64,000 bases of DNA from Candidatus Eiseniibacteriota bacterium (lineage in GTDB: Bacteria; Eisenbacteria; RBG-16-71-46): positions 96,001-160,000 of the forward strand of contig JBGAML010000009.1 in NCBI GenBank assembly GCA_044223005.1, read 5' to 3'. The notes below the pieces were generated by a model that saw only the letters and a program-made list of their open reading frames with translations, was not told where the DNA came from and made no database searches. This document shows, piece after piece, positions 45,061-55,136 of this stretch (position 1 is its first letter; each line of letters begins with the position of its first letter). The position numbers were made by a program, and so were the translations under genes.

Positions 45061-45668
45061 CGATGCCGTACAGCGAACGACCGGACGCGGAACTCGTACA
45101 GATCGCGCAGGGCGGTGAGCCCCGCGCGTTCGACGAGTTGGTGCGCCGGTACCAGGACAAGGTCTTCCGCCTCTGCTTCAAGATCCTCCGGCACGAGGAG
45201 GACGCGGCCGAGGCGTTGCAGGACGCGTTCCTGTCGGCGTTCCGCGGGCTCAAGAACTTCAAGGCGGAGTCGACGTTCTCGACCTGGCTCTACCGCATCG
45301 CGACCAACGCCGCGCTCATGAAGTACCGCCGCCGCCGCGACGGGCACGTGTCCTACGAGCAGTCGCAGGGGGCGATCGAGGACGCCGAGCCGATGGCGAT
45401 CGCGGACTGGTCCACGCAGCCGCTCGACGACCTGCTCGACGCCGAGACGCGCGAGATCCTGTCGCAGGAGGTCCAGCGCCTGCCGGACAACGAGCGCGAG
45501 GTGTTCGTGCTCCGCGACATCATGGAGCAGTCGAACGAGCAGGTCGCGCGCGAACTCGGGCTGACCGTGGCCGCGGTGAAGTCGCGCCTGCACCGGGCGC
45601 GCGTGCACCTGCGCGATCGCGTGAACCGCTACTTCAAGGACAAGCTGGCCCGCAAGCCGAAGTCCTGA
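45057..45668 (+). CDS. ECF sigma-70 factor
   Basis: AFDELVRRYQ, DAAEALQDAF, FSTWLYRIATN, VKSRLHRAR. Confidence 0.93.
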   Translation: MTMPYSERPDAELVQIAQGGEPRAFDELVRRYQDKVFRLCFKILRHEEDAAEALQDAFLSAFRGLKNFKAESTFSTWLYRIATNAALMKYRRRRDGHVSYEQSQGAIEDAEPMAIADWSTQPLDDLLDAETREILSQEVQRLPDNEREVFVLRDIMEQSNEQVARELGLTVAAVKSRLHRARVHLRDRVNRYFKDKLARKPKS

Positions 45669-45681
45669 GCGGCGGCGCGCC

Positions 45682-46506
45682 TCAGTGGCGCGCGAGCCAC
45701 GCGACGATCACGGCGGCGAGCACGGCGCGGTAGGCGAAGAAGACGCCGAACCCCACGCGCCGGAGCATCCCGAGCAGCAGGCGGATCGCCAGCACGCCGA
45801 AGATGCCCGCGCTCACGACGCCGAGCGCGAGCGTCGCCGGCGGCACGTCGTGCGGGACGTCCTTCAGCTTGAGCACGAGCGCGCCGAACGTGATCGGGGT
45901 CGCGAGCAGGAACGAGAACCGCGCCGCGGACACGCGCGAAAGTCCCGCCGCCCGTCCAGCGGTCATCGTGATGCCCGAGCGCGAGACGCCGGGGACGAGG
46001 GCCAGGCACTGGGCGAAGCCCATGCCGAGCGCGGTGCCCCAGCTGGGCGAGCGCTCGTCGCGTCCCGCGCCGCGCGCGCGATCCACGAGCCAGAGCACGA
46101 GCCCGAACAATGCCAGCATGGCGGCCTGCAGGACGAGCGAGCGGAGCTTGGTCTCGGCGAGTTCGTCGAGGAGCTTGCCGGCGATGGCCCCCGGGATCGT
46201 GGCGACCACGAGCTTGGCCCAGGTGAGCCGGGCCTCGCGGGCCACCGCCGGGACGGCCGAGAAGGCGTCCGCCAGCAGGGACATCCAGTCCTTCCAGAAC
46301 GCGATGACGAGGGCCACCAGCGTGCCGCCGTGGAGGGCCACGTCGAACGCCAGTCCCTCGTACTTCCAGCCGAGCAGGGTGGGCACGACGTAAAGGTGGG
46401 CGCTGCTGGAGATCGGGAGGAGCTCGGTGAGCCCCTGGACGGCCCCGAGGACGAGGGCCTGGAACGGCGTGATCGTGGTCGCGAGCGTGAGAGGGGGCGT
46501 CAGCAT
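45682..46506 (-). CDS. uppP: Undecaprenyl-diphosphate phosphatase
   Basis: QGLTELLPISSSAH, PGVSRSG, ARFSFLL. Confidence 0.95.
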   Translation of the reverse strand: MLTPPLTLATTITPFQALVLGAVQGLTELLPISSSAHLYVVPTLLGWKYEGLAFDVALHGGTLVALVIAFWKDWMSLLADAFSAVPAVAREARLTWAKLVVATIPGAIAGKLLDELAETKLRSLVLQAAMLALFGLVLWLVDRARGAGRDERSPSWGTALGMGFAQCLALVPGVSRSGITMTAGRAAGLSRVSAARFSFLLATPITFGALVLKLKDVPHDVPPATLALGVVSAGIFGVLAIRLLLGMLRRVGFGVFFAYRAVLAAVIVAWLARH

Positions 46507-46788
46507 GGCGCGGCACGCTAGCACGCACCCGGAGACGTGGCCAGCCCGGGGGCGTGTTCCCCGGCCGGAGCAGGACGGACATTCGTGCAGGCCGTCACGC
46601 AGTTGTCCAGTCCATGCGGCGTTCGGCGCCGAACATTGCTATCCTGCCTCGCGTGAAACGCCTCACGTGCCGATGAGCGACGTGAGGTGGTTCCACCACC
46701 AGCCAGGACGACGCCCCGCGGCCGGCGCCACGCGCGCCCGCGGGCCCCGAAAAGCTCGCGAGCCGTTTCGCTTCGAGGAGGAAGTTCG

Positions 46789-48087
46789 ATGTCGACCCAG
46801 ACCGTGACCACGGGCGAGGCCACCCTCACCCTCAACGGCAAGACCATCACGCTGCCGACCGTGACGGGCAGCGAAGGCGAGACGGCGATCAACGTCGAGA
46901 AGCTGCGCGGCCAGACGGGCGCGATCACGCTCGACCCGGGCTACGGCAACACGGGCGCGTGCCGCAGTGCGATCACGTTCATCGACGGCGACAAGGGCAT
47001 CCTGCGCTACCGCGGCTACCCGATCGACCAGCTCGCCGAGAACGCGAGCTTCCTCGAGGTGGCGTGGCTGCTCATCTACGGCGAGCTGCCGAGTGCGGGC
47101 GAGCTCGAGAAGTTCAAGGCGAGCGTGACGCACCACACGCTGCTGCACGAGAACTTCCGTCGCTTCTTCGAGGCGTTCCCCAAGGACGCGCACCCGATGC
47201 CGGTCTGCGCGTCGGCGGTGTCGGCGCTCACGACCTTCTACCAGCAGGCCGAGACGGACGAACTGGTCAACGAGGCGATGATCCGGCTGATCGCCAAGAT
47301 GCCGACGATCGCCGCGTGCGCCTACAAGCACTCGATCGGCCAGCCGTTCATGTACCCGAAGAACAACCTCGATTACGCGTCGAACTTCCTCTACATGATG
47401 TTCGCGACGCCGTGCGAGGACTACAACCCCGATCCGGTGCTCGCGCGCACGCTGGACATGCTGCTCATCCTGCACGCGGACCACGAGCAGAACTGCTCGA
47501 CGAGCACCGTGCGCATGGTCGGCAGCTCGCGCGCGCGGCTCTACGCCAGCGTCGCGGCCGGCATCAACGCGCTCTGGGGCCCGCTGCACGGCGGCGCGAA
47601 CCAGGAAGTGATCGAGATGCTCGAGCGCATCGACCAGGAAGAGGGCAGCGCCGAGAAGTTCCTCTACAAGGCCAAGGACCGGAACGACACGACGCGCCTG
47701 ATGGGCTTCGGCCACCGCGTGTACAAGAACTACGATCCGCGCGCCGCGATCCTCAAGAAGCACTGCGACGAGGTCCTGAAGCGCGTCGGCGTGTCGAACC
47801 GCCTGCTCGAGATCGCGATGAAGCTCGAGGAGATCGCGCTCAAGGACGACTACTTCGTCTCGCGCAAGCTCTATCCGAACGTCGACTTCTACTCGGGCGT
47901 GATCTACAAGGCGCTCAACATCCCGGTGAACCTGTTCACGGTCATGTTCGCCATGGGCCGCATGCCGGGCTGGATCGCGCAGTGGCTCGAGATGCGGCGC
48001 GATCCGGACTTCAAGATCTCGCGCCCGCGCCAGATCTACACGGGCTACACGCAGCGCGACTACGTGCCGGTGGACCGCCGCGGCTGA
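46789..48087 (+). CDS. gltA: Citrate synthase
   Basis: HADHEQN, GPLHGGAN, GFGHRVYK, PNVDFYSG. Confidence 0.97.
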   Translation: MSTQTVTTGEATLTLNGKTITLPTVTGSEGETAINVEKLRGQTGAITLDPGYGNTGACRSAITFIDGDKGILRYRGYPIDQLAENASFLEVAWLLIYGELPSAGELEKFKASVTHHTLLHENFRRFFEAFPKDAHPMPVCASAVSALTTFYQQAETDELVNEAMIRLIAKMPTIAACAYKHSIGQPFMYPKNNLDYASNFLYMMFATPCEDYNPDPVLARTLDMLLILHADHEQNCSTSTVRMVGSSRARLYASVAAGINALWGPLHGGANQEVIEMLERIDQEEGSAEKFLYKAKDRNDTTRLMGFGHRVYKNYDPRAAILKKHCDEVLKRVGVSNRLLEIAMKLEEIALKDDYFVSRKLYPNVDFYSGVIYKALNIPVNLFTVMFAMGRMPGWIAQWLEMRRDPDFKISRPRQIYTGYTQRDYVPVDRRG

Positions 48088-48114
48088 TCGGCGAAGCCAC
48101 GGACGCCACGTTCA

Positions 48115-48156
48115 CGACGCGGCCGGGTCCTTCACGGGCCCGGCCGCCGTCGTCTT
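48115..48156 (+). terminator. Putative gltA terminator
   Basis: Imperfect hairpin GCGGCCGGGTCC-TTCAC-GGGCCCGGCCGC. Confidence 0.5.
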
Positions 48157-48254
48157 GGGAGAGGGCCCGCGGGCGTTGTGGCGCCCGGGGTGAGCGCTTA
48201 TGCTGCGCCCCCTCCGGGCCGCCGTCGGCGGGCCCGCGCCACGGAGGCCCGTCC

Positions 48255-49094
48255 ATGAACGACCGCCGCGCCTACGTCACGCTGCTCGCGACCTCCGACT
48301 ACCTCCCCGGAGTCGCGGCGTTGTCGGCCTCGCTCGCGGCGACGGGGGCGAAGCACCCGCTGCACGTGCTGGTGACCGAGGACCTCCCGGCGGCGACCGT
48401 GGCGCGCGCGGAGCGGCTGGCGGCGTCGGTGATCCGGGTGCCGCCGATCACGAACCCGGCACCGGGCACGACCTACCGGCACTGGAACGCGACCTATTCC
48501 AAGCTGCGGATCTTCGGGCTCGTGCAGTTCGAGAAGCTCGTGTTCGTGGATTGCGACATGGTCGTGTGCGCGAACCTCGACGACCTGTTCGAACGCCCGC
48601 ACTTCTCCGCCGTCAACTCGGGCGGGATGCTGCCCGAGCACGCGGACTGGATGACGCTCAACTCCGGCCTGCTCGTGCTGCAGCCCGACGCTTCGGAGTC
48701 CGAGCGCATGCTGTCGCTCGTCGGCAAGCTGAAGACCACCGACCACGGCGACCAGACGTTCCTGCACGCCTACTTCCCCGAGTGGCCGCAGCGCGCCGAC
48801 CTGCACCTCGACCACGGAGACAACATGTTCCACGACCAGGTGGATCGCTACGCCGAGGAGTTCGGCTACCGCTTCCCGCGCGGGGAGGAAACGCGGACCG
48901 GGAAGCCCGCGGGCCCCGGCCGGCTGATCCGCGTGGTGCATTTCGTCGGCGGGCTCAAGCCCTGGCACCGGAGCGCGCTGCGCGTGCACCTGACGGGCCT
49001 GCTGGGGGGCGAGACGGCGCGGCATCGCGAAGCCCGCAGCCGCTGGTACGCCGCGGCGCTCGCGGCGCGGTTCCTCGGGCGCGCGCAGCGCTGA
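48255..49094 (+). CDS. GT8 glycosyltransferase, glycogenin-like
   Basis: AYVTLL..YLPG, YSKLRIFGL..FEKLVFVDCD, NSG, GDQ, VHFVGGLKPW; GGAGG RBS. Confidence 0.85.
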   Translation: MNDRRAYVTLLATSDYLPGVAALSASLAATGAKHPLHVLVTEDLPAATVARAERLAASVIRVPPITNPAPGTTYRHWNATYSKLRIFGLVQFEKLVFVDCDMVVCANLDDLFERPHFSAVNSGGMLPEHADWMTLNSGLLVLQPDASESERMLSLVGKLKTTDHGDQTFLHAYFPEWPQRADLHLDHGDNMFHDQVDRYAEEFGYRFPRGEETRTGKPAGPGRLIRVVHFVGGLKPWHRSALRVHLTGLLGGETARHREARSRWYAAALAARFLGRAQR

Positions 49095-49115
49095 CGCGCG
49101 CCGGGACGCAAGCGA

Positions 49116-49148
49116 ACGGGCCGCGCTCCGCAGGGGAGCGCGGCCCGT
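49116..49148. terminator. Perfect 14-bp hairpin between convergent genes
   Basis: ACGGGCCGCGCTCC-GCAGG-GGAGCGCGGCCCGT. Confidence 0.65.
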
Positions 49149-49164
49149 CGCGTCTCGGCGTCCG

Positions 49165-52100
49165 TCAGCGCAGGCGCACGAGGTCGCGCACGAGCCGGTC
49201 GCGGCCGGCGTGCACCACGGCCCAGTAGAGCCCGGCGTTGGCCTCGCGGCCCGAGGCGTCGCGGCCGTCCCACGCCAGGGCGTGCTGGCCGGCGGCGAGG
49301 TGCCCGTACGAGACACGCCGCACGAGGCGCCCGGTGACGTCGACCACGTCCAGCGTGACGTCGTCGGCACGCGGCATCGTGAGCCGCAGCGCGGCCTTCC
49401 CGTGGAACGGGTTGCCCACCGCGGTCAGGGCGAACGCCAGCGGCGCGCCGCCCGGTCCCACGCTCGTGGTGACGAGCCGCAGCGAGTCGGCGAGCATGCG
49501 GACCGGGGTCGACTTCCCGCGCGTGGACCACGCGGTCATCAGCGTGTTCCCCGCGGTGTTGGTCGAGTTCTCGGTCTGCAGGAACTCCACGTACTCCTTG
49601 GAAGCGGTCTGGTACCAGACCTCCGCCGTCACGTTGCGTGCCGTCGGCGGCAGCGGGTACGACGTGTCGTCGTAGTTCTGCCCGTCGGCGTAGCGCGGCG
49701 AGGGCCGCGACGAATCCACCGGCTTGCCGCCGAACACGTCGAATGACGCGTTGGAGAAGCCGAGCGGCGGGATGCGGTTGTCCTTGTAGATCGTGTCGTT
49801 GAGCGCGAAGTGGAAGCTCGGTCCCGACGGCAGCGTCAACGCCGAGGCGAAGCCGGGCGAGAGCCCGAGTTCGGCCTCGTACACCTGCGCGTACGCGTCG
49901 CTCGCCAGCGTCCCGGTCGAGCCGTCGTAGGCGCCCGACTCGAAGACGACGTTGCCACCGTCGTCCTTCGCGACCAGGTGGACCCACATGCGCCGGCCTT
50001 CCGGATAACCGGTGGGCAGCTTGTGCCCGGTGTTGTTCGTGATCCGCACGGTGGCGCGGAAGCTGTCGCCGGCCGCCGCCGAACTCAGCTGTAGCGAGGC
50101 CGCGTTCTGGAGCATGTAGGTCGCACGGGCGCTCGTCGCGGCGAGTGCGATCGTGTCCACCTCGCTCGTGTAGAGCGACGCGACGACGCCGGGCATCCAC
50201 GCGTTGCCGCCGGTGAAGTCGTGCAGCGGCAGGTTGGTGCGCGTGGGCGAGCCGGGGATGTTGCAGCCCGGGCCCGTCACCTGGCGCATGTGGCAGTCCT
50301 GGCAGGACGACACCACGCCGCCGGGGGCGTTGCCCGCGAACGCGGGCGAGTTGACGCCGAACGGGAAGAGGCTCGCCTTCCACTCGGACAGCGTGCGCTC
50401 GAGCGGCATCAGCGTGTTCGGGCTGATCGAATCCGCCGGGGCGTCCAGCGGTCCGGCGGCGTACTTGGCGCCGCTCACGCGGTTGAACACCGGGTTCGAG
50501 ACGTCGTGGCAGGTGCCGCACATCTCGCTGCGCGTGTGGAACGAGGACGTGAGGAACGAGTGCGGCGCCGCGGCGTCCGAGAACGGCCCGCGCTTGCGCG
50601 GGTCGGAGTCGACGACGTACTGGCCATTGCCGTACGTGGTCGGCCGGTGCGCGGGCAGCATCCCGGCGAGGATCGTGGCGTCCTCGACCGGGTTCACGCC
50701 GGGCTTGTAGTTGGGATCGACCATGCGGTGGCAGAAGTCGCACGTCACGCCGTCGCGCGTGGTCGCGTCGAGATTGGCGCCGCTGGTGGGCTGGCTCTTG
50801 CCGGAGAGCCACGCCATGGGCGAGTGGCAGCGCAGGCACATGTCGCCGGAGGAGGGCGCGTCCTGCTCCGCCACCGCGAGGCAGGCGTAGAAGAGCGGGT
50901 CGCGCGCGGCCTGGCCCATCATGGAGCCCTTCCAGTTGTGGCCGGGCTCGACGGCGGCGTTGTAGCCGGCGTGGCACGTGAGGCACGAGCTGCTGGTCGA
51001 GATCGAGCCCGCGTTCAGCGGCTGCGTGCCCGCCTGGAAGAAGTCGCGCAGCGTGGTCGGCACGCGGCCGCCCGGTGTCTGCACGATGTTGAACCACGCG
51101 TGGCTGCTGTCCGAGCCGGCCGCGTTCGACGCGTCGTGCGCGACCACGCGCACGCGCGCGTGCGGCGTGGGCGTGTTGTGCACGGCCCACGGGAACGTGC
51201 CCGAGTTCGTGATGCCGACGGCGAGCGGCGTCCACGGCGAGGTGTCGTCCTCGCGGTAGGCGACGTCGATGCTCGTCACACCGACGTCGTCGGTCGCGTT
51301 CCAGGTGATGTTGTGCGTGGTGCCGCCGGTCCAGCTCTCGCTGCCGGTCGGCGAAGTCACCGTGACGCTCGGCGCGCTGTTGGTGAACGTCCAGTTGCCG
51401 CCGCCGAAGTCGTCCCACGTCGTCGCGCTGAGGTCGGTGGGCATCCAGCCGATGTAGCCGCTGTTGGCGTGGTAGGCGAAGCCGACCACCGACACCTGCG
51501 CGATCGGCGTCGCGTTCTTGTAGATCTCGAGCAGCCCGTTGCCGAACGCGCGCGCCCCGAAGCGGTCGCCGGCCGCGAACGTGACGTTGTCGATGTACGC
51601 CCAGTCCTGGAAGCCGACGTTGGGGTCGAAGCTGTTGACGTGGATGCGGTGCCGCACGGCGTCGTAGTTGACGCCGAGGAAGCCGTACGCGAACCCGGGG
51701 CCCTGCGCCTTGAGCATGAGCGCGTTCTCGGGCGCCGTGGAGTCGTAGGTCGAGAACGTGATGTAGCACTCCTGGTCGGCGCCGAACGACTGGCCCATCC
51801 AGACGGCGGTGGCGCCGTTGCCGGTGATGCGCAGCTTGTTGCTGTTCACGGACAGGGCGGCGAGGTCGCCGGCCCACGGGCTGCCGATGGCGCCGTTCGC
51901 GCGGTTGAAGTTGTCGCGCACCGGCGTCGTCGGGAAGGCCGAGTTCGTGCCGACGTTGACGTTCACGGTCGCCTGCGACTGGCCGCCGTGGCCGTCGTCG
52001 ACGGTGAGGATCGCGGTGAAGGGTCCGGACGTCTGGTAGACATGGCTCGGGTTTGCGCTCGTGGAGGTGCCGCCGTCGCCGAACGTCCACGCGTACGTGA

Positions 52101-53595
52101 TCGTGTTGCCGTCCGGATCGAAGCTGCCCGAGCCGTTGAAGTTCACGCTGAGCGGCATCACGCCCGAGGTGACGGACGCGATGGCCGAGGCGACGGGCGG
52201 CGTGTTGCCCCCGGTCGATCCCGTGTAGCGGATCCGGCGCACCTGTCCGGTCGTGATCGAGACGTAGTAGACGTTGCTGTCCGGCCCCATCGCGAAGTCC
52301 ACCGGCGCGTCCATGTTCTCGCCGAAGGGCGAGATCGCGAGCAGGTTGCCGTAGGAGTCGAACGTGGCGACCTGGATCCAGCCGTCGGCGTAGTCGCCGA
52401 AGAAGTAGCGGCCGCGGTAGCTCGCCGGGTAGCTCGTCGACGTGTAGAAGATGCCGCCCACGGCGGCCGCGCCCACGTACCCGGGGGGGACGCTCAGGTT
52501 GGGATTGCCGTGGTTCCAGTACGCGGCCGGCGCGCGATAGGGCGCGGGATTCGTGCCCGAACCGACCGAGCCGCAGCCGTTGTGTGCCGGGGTGGCGGTG
52601 GCGTAGCCGGGGCCGGGATCGGACTGCGGCCCCTCGACACAGGGCCAGCCGAAGTTCTGCCCGGGCGCGGTGACGACGTTCATCTCCTCCCACGTGTTCC
52701 AGCCGACGTCGCCGAGCACGATCTGGCCGGGATTGCCCGCGGTCGTGTCCACGCTGCCGGTGCCGGGGCGGATCACGAACCGGAACGGATTGCGCAGGCC
52801 GTAGGCCCAGACCTTCGCGCGCGTCGCGCGGATGTCGCCGGAGGTGTAGGGGTTGCTCGCATACCCGAAGCCGTTCTCGGGATTGATGCGGAACACCTTG
52901 CCGTTCATGATCGTGATGTCCTGCGCGCGGAACGCCCCGATGTCGTCGTACGTCGATGTCATGCCCGGGCCGACGCCCGCGGGCTGGTGCCCGCCTTCGT
53001 CCACGTAGTCGAAGCTCGCGCCTTCGCCTGCCGTGAACATCAGCGAACCGTCGCGGCCCCAGCGCAGTGAACCGATCGAGTGGGAGTTCGAGAGCTGGGT
53101 CGGGCCGTGCGGCCAATCGACGCCCACGAGCACGGCGCGCGAAGCGAGGTTCACGACGTTCGTGTCGCCGGTGGTGTTCATGGTGAAGCGCACGAGCCGG
53201 CCGAAGCCATAGAGGTTCGCGTCGACGCCGTCGGAGTCGGGGTCGACGGTGTAGAGGAAGTAGACCCGGTGGTTCACGAAGTAGTTCGGGTCCACCGCGA
53301 TGCTCAGGAAGCCACGGTCGTTGTTGTCGAGCACCTGGTTCTGGTTGTCCCAGACCGGCGTCGGGCGCTTGACGCCGTTGACCACCATCCACACGGTGCC
53401 CTGCTTTTCGCCGACCAGCGCCCGGCCGTCCGGCAGGAACGCGACGCAGGTGGGTACGGTGAACGACTGGCCCGACCAGGCGTTCTCGACCACGAACTGG
53501 CTGGGGACCGTGACGGCGCGCGCGGGCGGCGCGGGCCAGCACGCGAGCGCGAGACCGAGCGCGAGCAGGCGGAGGGAGAGCAGGCGCAACGACAC
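49165..53595 (-). CDS. Secreted multidomain protein: PQQ-type sugar dehydrogenase + PKD + Ig-like + pentaheme cytochrome c + T9SS/FlgD-type CTD
   Basis: GGAGG-6 nt-GTG start and signal peptide; YGLRNPFRF, GDVG..EEMN, NFGWP; PKD WTFGDG; five CxxCH; GHKLPTG; WDGRD..GLYW CTD. Confidence 0.85.
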   Translation of the reverse strand: MSLRLLSLRLLALGLALACWPAPPARAVTVPSQFVVENAWSGQSFTVPTCVAFLPDGRALVGEKQGTVWMVVNGVKRPTPVWDNQNQVLDNNDRGFLSIAVDPNYFVNHRVYFLYTVDPDSDGVDANLYGFGRLVRFTMNTTGDTNVVNLASRAVLVGVDWPHGPTQLSNSHSIGSLRWGRDGSLMFTAGEGASFDYVDEGGHQPAGVGPGMTSTYDDIGAFRAQDITIMNGKVFRINPENGFGYASNPYTSGDIRATRAKVWAYGLRNPFRFVIRPGTGSVDTTAGNPGQIVLGDVGWNTWEEMNVVTAPGQNFGWPCVEGPQSDPGPGYATATPAHNGCGSVGSGTNPAPYRAPAAYWNHGNPNLSVPPGYVGAAAVGGIFYTSTSYPASYRGRYFFGDYADGWIQVATFDSYGNLLAISPFGENMDAPVDFAMGPDSNVYYVSITTGQVRRIRYTGSTGGNTPPVASAIASVTSGVMPLSVNFNGSGSFDPDGNTITYAWTFGDGGTSTSANPSHVYQTSGPFTAILTVDDGHGGQSQATVNVNVGTNSAFPTTPVRDNFNRANGAIGSPWAGDLAALSVNSNKLRITGNGATAVWMGQSFGADQECYITFSTYDSTAPENALMLKAQGPGFAYGFLGVNYDAVRHRIHVNSFDPNVGFQDWAYIDNVTFAAGDRFGARAFGNGLLEIYKNATPIAQVSVVGFAYHANSGYIGWMPTDLSATTWDDFGGGNWTFTNSAPSVTVTSPTGSESWTGGTTHNITWNATDDVGVTSIDVAYREDDTSPWTPLAVGITNSGTFPWAVHNTPTPHARVRVVAHDASNAAGSDSSHAWFNIVQTPGGRVPTTLRDFFQAGTQPLNAGSISTSSSCLTCHAGYNAAVEPGHNWKGSMMGQAARDPLFYACLAVAEQDAPSSGDMCLRCHSPMAWLSGKSQPTSGANLDATTRDGVTCDFCHRMVDPNYKPGVNPVEDATILAGMLPAHRPTTYGNGQYVVDSDPRKRGPFSDAAAPHSFLTSSFHTRSEMCGTCHDVSNPVFNRVSGAKYAAGPLDAPADSISPNTLMPLERTLSEWKASLFPFGVNSPAFAGNAPGGVVSSCQDCHMRQVTGPGCNIPGSPTRTNLPLHDFTGGNAWMPGVVASLYTSEVDTIALAATSARATYMLQNAASLQLSSAAAGDSFRATVRITNNTGHKLPTGYPEGRRMWVHLVAKDDGGNVVFESGAYDGSTGTLASDAYAQVYEAELGLSPGFASALTLPSGPSFHFALNDTIYKDNRIPPLGFSNASFDVFGGKPVDSSRPSPRYADGQNYDDTSYPLPPTARNVTAEVWYQTASKEYVEFLQTENSTNTAGNTLMTAWSTRGKSTPVRMLADSLRLVTTSVGPGGAPLAFALTAVGNPFHGKAALRLTMPRADDVTLDVVDVTGRLVRRVSYGHLAAGQHALAWDGRDASGREANAGLYWAVVHAGRDRLVRDLVRLR

Positions 53596-53854
53596 GAAGA
53601 GCCTCCGGGGAGAGCAGACCGGCGGAAAGATGTGGGGTTTTCCGAACTTCCTGAGCATAGCGCGCGCCGAAACCCCGACCTAGCGGCTTTACGCCCGATT
53701 CGAGGCGTTTCGAGCGCTCGGAAAGCGGCTCGAAACACTTTTCGGCGGGCGCCCGGCGAACCGCTTCCCGTTTCCGCCAAGCCCTGCGGATTGCATTCCG
53801 CACGCCCGCCGGGCCGAGGGCAACGGCGGACGGACGCAGCGGCGGGTGCTTCGC

Positions 53855-55135
53855 TCAGCCGCGCGTGAGGATGCGGCGGTAGATGCCCGCGAGCGTGCGG
53901 ACCTGCGCCTCGAGCCGGAACGTCTCGCTCGCGCGTTCGCAGGCCGCGGCGCCCATGCGTTCGAGCGCGGCGCGATCGGCGAGGAGCGTCGCGAGCGTCT
54001 CGCCCAGCGCGGCCGCGTCGCGCGGAGGCACGAGGCGGCCGTCGACGCCGTCGCGGACGATGTCCGGCAGTGCGCCCTCGGCCGGCGCGACGACGGCCGT
54101 GCGGGCCGCCATGGCCTCGACGACGACCATGCCGAAGGGCTCGGGCTGCACCGACGTGTGCACCGCGAGGTCGGCGGCGGCGAAGAGGTTCGCGAGATCG
54201 GCGCGCTGTCCGGCGAGCACCACGCGGCGTTCGAGCCCGAGCGTGCGGATCCGCTCGCGCAGCTTCTGCTCGAACGCGGGCTCCACCGTGCTGCCGCAGA
54301 GCAGCCAGCGGAACGCGATCCCGGCGCTCGCGAGATGATGCGCGGCCTCCACGGCGAGGTCCTGGCCCTTCCACGCCTGCAGGTGTCCGGCGGTGACGAG
54401 GAGCGCCTCGCCGGGGGCGAGGCCGAGCGACACGCGCGTCGCCTCGGGCGGTGCGAACGGGCCGAACGCCTCGCGCGGGACGCCGTTGGGGAGCAGGTCC
54501 ACCCGCACGTTGCCGCCGCAGAACGCGCGCACGCGCTCCATGCGCTCGTGCGTGAGGCACAGCACCGACGCCGCCTCGCGCGCGATCACGCGCCACGCGC
54601 CGGCGGGGGCGCGCCAGAGGCCGTGCTCGTGCAGCACGAACGGCACGCGGCGGAGTTTCGCGAGGTGGTACCACGTCCAGTCCGAGTGCATGCCACCGTT
54701 GAAGTGGATCAGGTGCAGCGGCCGCTTCGCGTGGGGCAGGAGCTTGCGCGCCGCGCGCGGGTCGCTCCAGTGCATGCGCATCGCGCCGCGCAACTCGCGC
54801 ACCGCGTGGCGTGGCCACGAGAGCTTCGGTTCGCCAGTCGCGGTGCGCGTCACGCCGGCGGCGAGCAGGCGGCCGCTCACGCCCGCCGGAGCGTCGTCGG
54901 CCGGCGGCGTGGCGCCGGCGAGTTCGGCGGCCACGGTCACCGGCACGCCGCGGCGAGTCAGGTCGCCGACCCACGGGCCCTGGCGGACGAACAGCACGCG
55001 GACGGCCCATGCATCGGGGTCGAGGCCGGTCGCGAGGTGCACGAGCACGCGCTTGGAGCCGCCGTACGACGCGTACGGGCTCGGCTCGACGAACAGGATC
55101 GCCGGGCGGCGGTCGGGACTCGGGGCGGGGCTCAC
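53855..55135 (-). CDS. Glycosyltransferase family 4
   Basis: YGGSKR, PNG, WKGQ, EPFGMVVVEAMA. Confidence 0.9.
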   Translation of the reverse strand: MSPAPSPDRRPAILFVEPSPYASYGGSKRVLVHLATGLDPDAWAVRVLFVRQGPWVGDLTRRGVPVTVAAELAGATPPADDAPAGVSGRLLAAGVTRTATGEPKLSWPRHAVRELRGAMRMHWSDPRAARKLLPHAKRPLHLIHFNGGMHSDWTWYHLAKLRRVPFVLHEHGLWRAPAGAWRVIAREAASVLCLTHERMERVRAFCGGNVRVDLLPNGVPREAFGPFAPPEATRVSLGLAPGEALLVTAGHLQAWKGQDLAVEAAHHLASAGIAFRWLLCGSTVEPAFEQKLRERIRTLGLERRVVLAGQRADLANLFAAADLAVHTSVQPEPFGMVVVEAMAARTAVVAPAEGALPDIVRDGVDGRLVPPRDAAALGETLATLLADRAALERMGAAACERASETFRLEAQVRTLAGIYRRILTRG

Positions 55136-55136
55136 G

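Noticed and set aside
53596..53658. ATG 53658 as start of the cytochrome fusion
   Set aside because: That ATG lies within a -10-like TATGCT; GTG 53595 has a GGAGG RBS and gives a clean signal peptide.
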